Part shown: positions 59,391 to 64,000 of the stretch, one piece after another
How positions within the stretch are numbered: position 1 is the stretch's first letter
Layout: each line of letters opens with the position of its first letter
Assembly: GCA_030390025.1 (NCBI GenBank)
Contig: CM059432.1
Coordinates: forward strand, 52,454,001-52,518,000
From: Squalus acanthias
Taxonomy: Eukaryota
Length of the DNA stretch: 64,000 bases
Direction of reading: 5' to 3'
Position numbers and translations under genes: made by a program
Notes under the pieces: model-generated
Database searches by the model: none
What the model saw: only the letters and a program-made list of their open reading frames with translations
Told to the model about the DNA's origin: nothing

Positions 59391-60460
59391 GTAGTGATCA
59401 AGGCTATTAGAGAGCCTTGCAAAAATAAAGCAGTGGAAGGAATAAGGTAGAATCAAAGTGAACGAGATCGAGGGAGAATGAGTATGCGTGAAGAGTGTGT
59501 TTGATCCAGAATTTGTCAGTCGGCATTTAAATGGTCTTGCTGCACATTAAAACTGGCAGTGGAACCATAGAGGTGCTGATGTCATTAATGCCTAATAGAT
59601 GCCTGTTTTGTGTGAATTAAAGAGAGAAAGAACACTAAGACATATATGAGAATGAGGTACCTTTTTGCTTTCCGTATATGCATTGTTTCAGTTACTGCTC
59701 TTCAATACCATGCTAGAAATGGAGAAAATGCATTTATAATACCAAACCCTTTCTACTTGACTTGGTGACTGGTTCTGCGGAATGCGCCCTCTTTGCTTGA
59801 TATTTATCTCATATTCCATTTAATTTTCTTATATTTTGGATGAACAGGTGGGGAATCATCAGACCACAATTGAACAAGTGAGACACATTTACCAATCCAT
59901 AAGATTGAAAGCACACTTGGTATCAGCTGGTAGGGTCAGGGAGATTGAGATTTATCTCTGGCTGTTCCAAAGCTGCAACCCCCATTAAAATGAATGGAAC
60001 TGCTTATACGCCCTCAACTTCAGTGATGTGACAAATAGCTTCAGGGAAAGGAAACATGAAATTGAGTGTTTTTGTTGGGCAGCAAATTTGAAGTTATTTT
60101 TTAAATGTAACAAAAAATTATGACTGCCATTTCTTTCCAAGCAAACATTGGCGGAATCATTTGAACAGAAAGTACTCCGCCTAGTTTTTCCTTTCCCTGT
60201 AAACTTACAAGAGATGAAATCTTTAATTTTTTTAGTTATAATGGGATGTAATAAAATCATGCCACCCTTCAACCCTACCCCCCCAATTTAGGCCGCAACA
60301 CAAACATGACGGGAACCTGCTCAATCTGGGTTCCACACAAAATACCAAACTTTGCCGCCCGATTCCAACCCAGGAACTTCAGCCCATTATCTTAAAGGAT
60401 GGGTTAACACCTTTGCTAAAGACAAATGAATTTCATACAAAAGCATCAAGATGTTTACAG

Positions 60461-60967
60461 TAGGGTTGCCAACCCTACCCGATTGTTCTAGAGTCTCCAA
60501 GAATAGAAGGTTAATCCCCTGGACACTGCTGCAAGAAACCTGGGAGAAAATCCAGAAGTAGAGTTTGTGATTTGCGCCATCGTGCATCACGCCTGTGGTT
60601 TTCGTGTGCAGGACTTCTCGCACGACAGCTTCAAATCCTGGCGTCGCACTTTTCCCGCTCCAAGTCTCATGAAGGAGAACTCACGAAAGGCTGCGCTCAG
60701 CAGTGCGAAACATTCAACATCGGAGAAACAGTACGGGCAGCACGCATGAGGTCGCGAAATTTGGACCAAGTCATAAACCAGACAAGAGATGAGATGGATT
60801 CACAAAATATGCCAAGCCACAAATGAGCAAATACCTAAATATGCACGAACAAGTCTAACTAACGGGGCACACCCAGCAAAATCTGGCCCAATAACTTTTG
60901 CAAACTGCGGGCAAATGTCACATAATCAGACCTCCAGGAATACATCCAATCAGTGTTGGTAACCCTT
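60461..60967. mobile_element. Old hAT-like MITE, with a second element nested at about 60560-60889
   Basis: TIRs TAGGGTTGCCAAC / GTTGGTAACCCT; the nested CpG-rich segment ends AAAATCTGGCCC. Confidence 0.5.
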
Positions 60968-61247
60968 GTTCATATGTTACGACCACATAGTTTGGTTTCA
61001 CCTTATATTGTGTAATATTTTCATTTGTATTAACACATCTGTACAGAGAAATGGGGAACACAGTAAAAAAAGCATTGTTTTGTAATATAGTTGTCCATTG
61101 AATGAAAACACATGTATATCAGGTACTTGTACCCAAATATAATGTAAGAAATATTCACTGAGACATGACTAAACAACTGCTGTGACACATCTATATAAAT
61201 CTATAAAAAATCAATTGATGTTGGAAATGAAGTGTTTTGTTTTATAG

Positions 61248-61369
61248 GTTTATTTGTCATGGGCTACAAACTGGACAGTTATACAAATTCCGTGTCAGGG
61301 CTGTCAATGCAGCTGGGCTTAGTGAATTCTCACATGAGTCTGAGGCACTGGAAGTCAAAGCAGCTTTAG
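61248..61369 (+). CDS. MYOM1: MYOM1 coding exon 16 (FICHGLQTGQLYKFRVRAVNAAGLSE...EVKAAL), the exon preceding the EH position
   Basis: TATAG| acceptor, AG|GTATGT donor, phase 2-1, 122 nt. Confidence 0.95.
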
Positions 61370-61409
61370 GTATGTAAAAACACTTAAATTGTTGTTATAT
61401 GAAGCTCTC

Positions 61410-61742
61410 GTTTTTGAAAATGCATTTATTTATTTTTGAAAATACATTTACGTGTTTTTGAAAATACATTTATGTACTTTTGAAGGTGCATTTCTGTTTG
61501 AAAGTTTATTTACTTATTTTTGAAAGTATATTTACTTATTTTTGAAAGTACATTTATTTATTGTTTGAAAAGTAATAATTTATTTTTGGAAGTGCATTTA
61601 TTTATTGTTTGAAAAGTAATAATTTATTTTTGGAAGTGCATTTATTTATTGTTTGAAAAGTAATAAATTATTTTTGGAAGTGCATTTATTTATTGTTTGA
61701 AAAGTAATAATTTATTTTTGGAAGTGCATTTATTGATTTTTG
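61410..61742. repeat. AT-rich minisatellite (22-bp monomers followed by four 44-bp units)
   Basis: Unit TTGTTTGAAAAGTAATAATTTATTTTTGGAAGTGCATTTATTTA starts at 61561, 61605, 61649 and 61693. Confidence 0.9.
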
Positions 61743-62991
61743 AGTTTGTTCTTTAATTAATGACACACTGTTTTCACAGTGCCACCTGTATCACTTTCCC
61801 ACCCATGATGCCATAAGTCGTTGCTCTGATCATGCACTGTGCCTGTATCACATGGAAAGCGTATTTTTTTTCACTGAGCCTATCCATTAGTCTCTGTATG
61901 AAATCTCACATGAGTCTGCTTCACAGTCATATGTTCCAAAGCTTATCTGAACTATGGATTACCAGCCTTGCTCCAGCATAACGTAATGTATCCCATACAG
62001 CACCACCCTGTGCATCTCCCTTCCATACATAAAATCATCTAACTTCTTTTCTGATCTGCGTTTACTACATTTTTGCTTGTTGCCTGTTTAACAACACAAG
62101 AGCACATTTAATGCCTGCTCCCAGGACTGCTGATGCCTGCTTTAACAAATTGTTTTGTCTCATGTAAGCAAACATTGTACCAGCTGTGTAGGTGTGTGAA
62201 AAGCCTACCCCTGCAAGATCCTGCATTCATCAAAAACGAATCCATGCACCTTTTCCTCATTATCATTTAGTATTTTCATGTTAGGTTTAAATAAATCAAT
62301 TAAAGTGTTAATAAATCTAAATGAAATTTATTTAATGAACATTGCAGCCAGTCATCCCAGTTCTAGCTCAAATCAACAATACTGAGCAATTTGTGAGTTC
62401 TATGTTGGGCATTAGATACAACAGAATAATTGCTATGATCAGATTGTATAGCATTAGTGTAATAAATTAGACAATTTAATATGCCAAAGTGAATTATTGA
62501 AGCAACTTATTTTCTTCATAGGCCAAATATTTTATACTACTAATAGATCTGCCATGGCATTGCTCATGAGTAGTTTCGGCGTATAGAGTTCTATACATAT
62601 TACCTATACTGAGCTGGTGTTGCTGATTTTTTTTTCATTAAGGTTATCTCTTGAGGACATTATCTGTCAGGGCATCAGTTGGACTAGGAATATTTAGGTG
62701 GACTTCAGGTCTGTGAGGCTAAGGTCAGGCAGATGTGACTAGTGCTGCTTGTGGAGCACTTTGTGCTTTCTAGATGGAAAATATCTGAGGGTTTGGGAGA
62801 TTTCACTATTGGTGGGTTCACCTGTCCATCTCAAGAGATTTAGGCCCACTGGAAGAGCTGCTCTGTGGCCCCTTCGTAACTGTGTCTCTTTTTCCTTCTA
62901 TGTTTTTCTCTCTGTTACTCCATCCTTTTCTCTCTCTTTCTCTCTTTTTTTTTACTAGTTTCTCTTACTGTTACTCTCCCTCTTTCTCTGT

Positions 62992-63165
62992 GGGTGAAAT
63001 TGATCAGTAGCGCGAAATGTGTTTGTAGCGAATTGGGAGCCATTTTATACGGCACCTGATATTCTTTTCCACTTAAGTCAATAGAAAAGAAAATCAAGCT
63101 TGGTGTAAAGCTGCCAATTCACTATGAACACATTCTGTTCTACTGACTAGGACCAATTTCACTCC
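62992..63165. mobile_element. Small MITE-like element
   Basis: Inverted ends GGGTGAAATTGATC / GACCAATTTCACTCC. Confidence 0.5.
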
Positions 63166-64000
63166 CTCTGTTTCTCCCTTGATTTTTGTGCACGGTCACA
63201 TCTTTTTTCTCCATTAATCTATCACTGTGCCTCATGTTACTCTCTCCTCTCTTTTGTTTGTTTCTCTCCCTGCTACTATTTGTGTCTTTGTTACTCTGAT
63301 TCTTTCTCCTTGAGTTTCTCTATTTGTTATTTTCTTCCTGTGTCTCTATACAGTCGCCCTTTTTCTGTGTTTATCTCACTGTTATTCTCTCACTGTACCT
63401 GGTGTTCTCTGTTATTCCAGTGATCTCGGTGAACTGCATTCTTTTTCTTGCACTGATCTGCAATTGCTGCCTTTTCCTCTGATGATCTATCGCAATGGAA
63501 TCTGCATGAGGGTTCAAGCAAGAGAGTGCAGCACAGCTAGTGTCAGGGCTTTGCGGAGAGCCATGCAAAGGAGTAAGAAGGAGAGCGTGGATCATCAGAG
63601 ATGGCACTGGAGGGTGGGGAAGGATGGAGGCATTAGCACGAGCATGCCTTTGACCTTTTGTCAGGTTACACTCCTGTGAAGCGTCTTGGGATGCTTTACT
63701 ACATTAATGGCTCAATATAAATGCAAATTGTTGTTGCTGCTGCTGCACACACTTTTTCATGTTGGCCAAAAGATGTCAGGCAATGGAGTACAGAGGTGTG
63801 GGTGGATATGGTGGTGTCTACTAACCGGAAGGGGTATATCTATAGACCAGGTTGTTGATTTGAGTGGGGGAGTAGAGGAAGGCACTGGGAGGTGAGATTG
63901 GGAGGCTTATGGGTAAGCTTTCAACATTTTTTGTCAATTAATGGCCCGTAATTTCCGATAGGAGGCTTCCTGCAAGCGATGCCTCCTATTGGGAAAAACT

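Larger units (their letters stand above)
2319..61369 (+). other. MYOM1: Myomesin-1 gene, 5' portion (continues beyond window)
   Basis: 16 GT-AG coding exons splice in frame with matching phases into MSSVSLPFYQKHH...PEFIIKPRSHTVWE...KFDVSFGKEGETMSLGC...APWTGQIIVTEEEP...VKSPRFALFDLAEGKSY...RAVNAAGLSE. These motifs match my recollection of human myomesin-1 better than MYOM2/3. Confidence 0.93.

Noticed and set aside
61410..61742. Regularly spaced repeats as a CRISPR-like array
   Set aside because: No unique spacers, and the context is a eukaryotic intron; a simple tandem repeat.
61780..61981. Acceptor-like TTTTCACAG followed by VPPVSL..., open in phase 1
   Set aside because: No FN3 residues follow, it runs into a stop, and there is no convincing in-phase donor.
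63354..63572. Possible EH-like cassette exon (TACAG acceptor, GTAAGA donor, 219 nt, open in phase 1-1)
   Set aside because: The peptide is hydrophobic and Cys/Leu-rich and comes from a CT-rich tract, unlike the disordered Ser/Pro/Lys-rich EH segment. Likely chance unless RNA-seq supports it.

Overview
Vertebrate genomic DNA, most likely a cartilaginous fish (inferred from the CR1/L2/Deu-SINE/Penelope/Harbinger repeat spectrum; the species cannot be determined). The window holds the 5' part of a myomesin-1 (MYOM1) gene on the + strand. It has a muscle-type promoter (MEF2, CArG/TATA, Inr) near 2.1-2.3 kb, a putative non-coding first exon, and 16 phase-consistent GT-AG coding exons (3415-61369; 2203 nt, about 734 codons). 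These encode the head domain, two Ig domains and three FN3 domains. The window ends in the intron where tetrapods carry the alternative EH exon. The introns are filled with CR1 and L2 LINE fragments, tRNA-derived SINEs, Harbinger transposons and MITEs, and Penelope-type remnants with hammerhead ribozyme motifs. The most striking structure is a young CR1 insertion at 36.1-41.3 kb. It shows the signatures of twin-priming 5' inversion, and a second copy next to it creates a fold-back of about 1.6 kb inside an intron. All family assignments are from manual reading and recall, not database searches, and most repeat boundaries are approximate.
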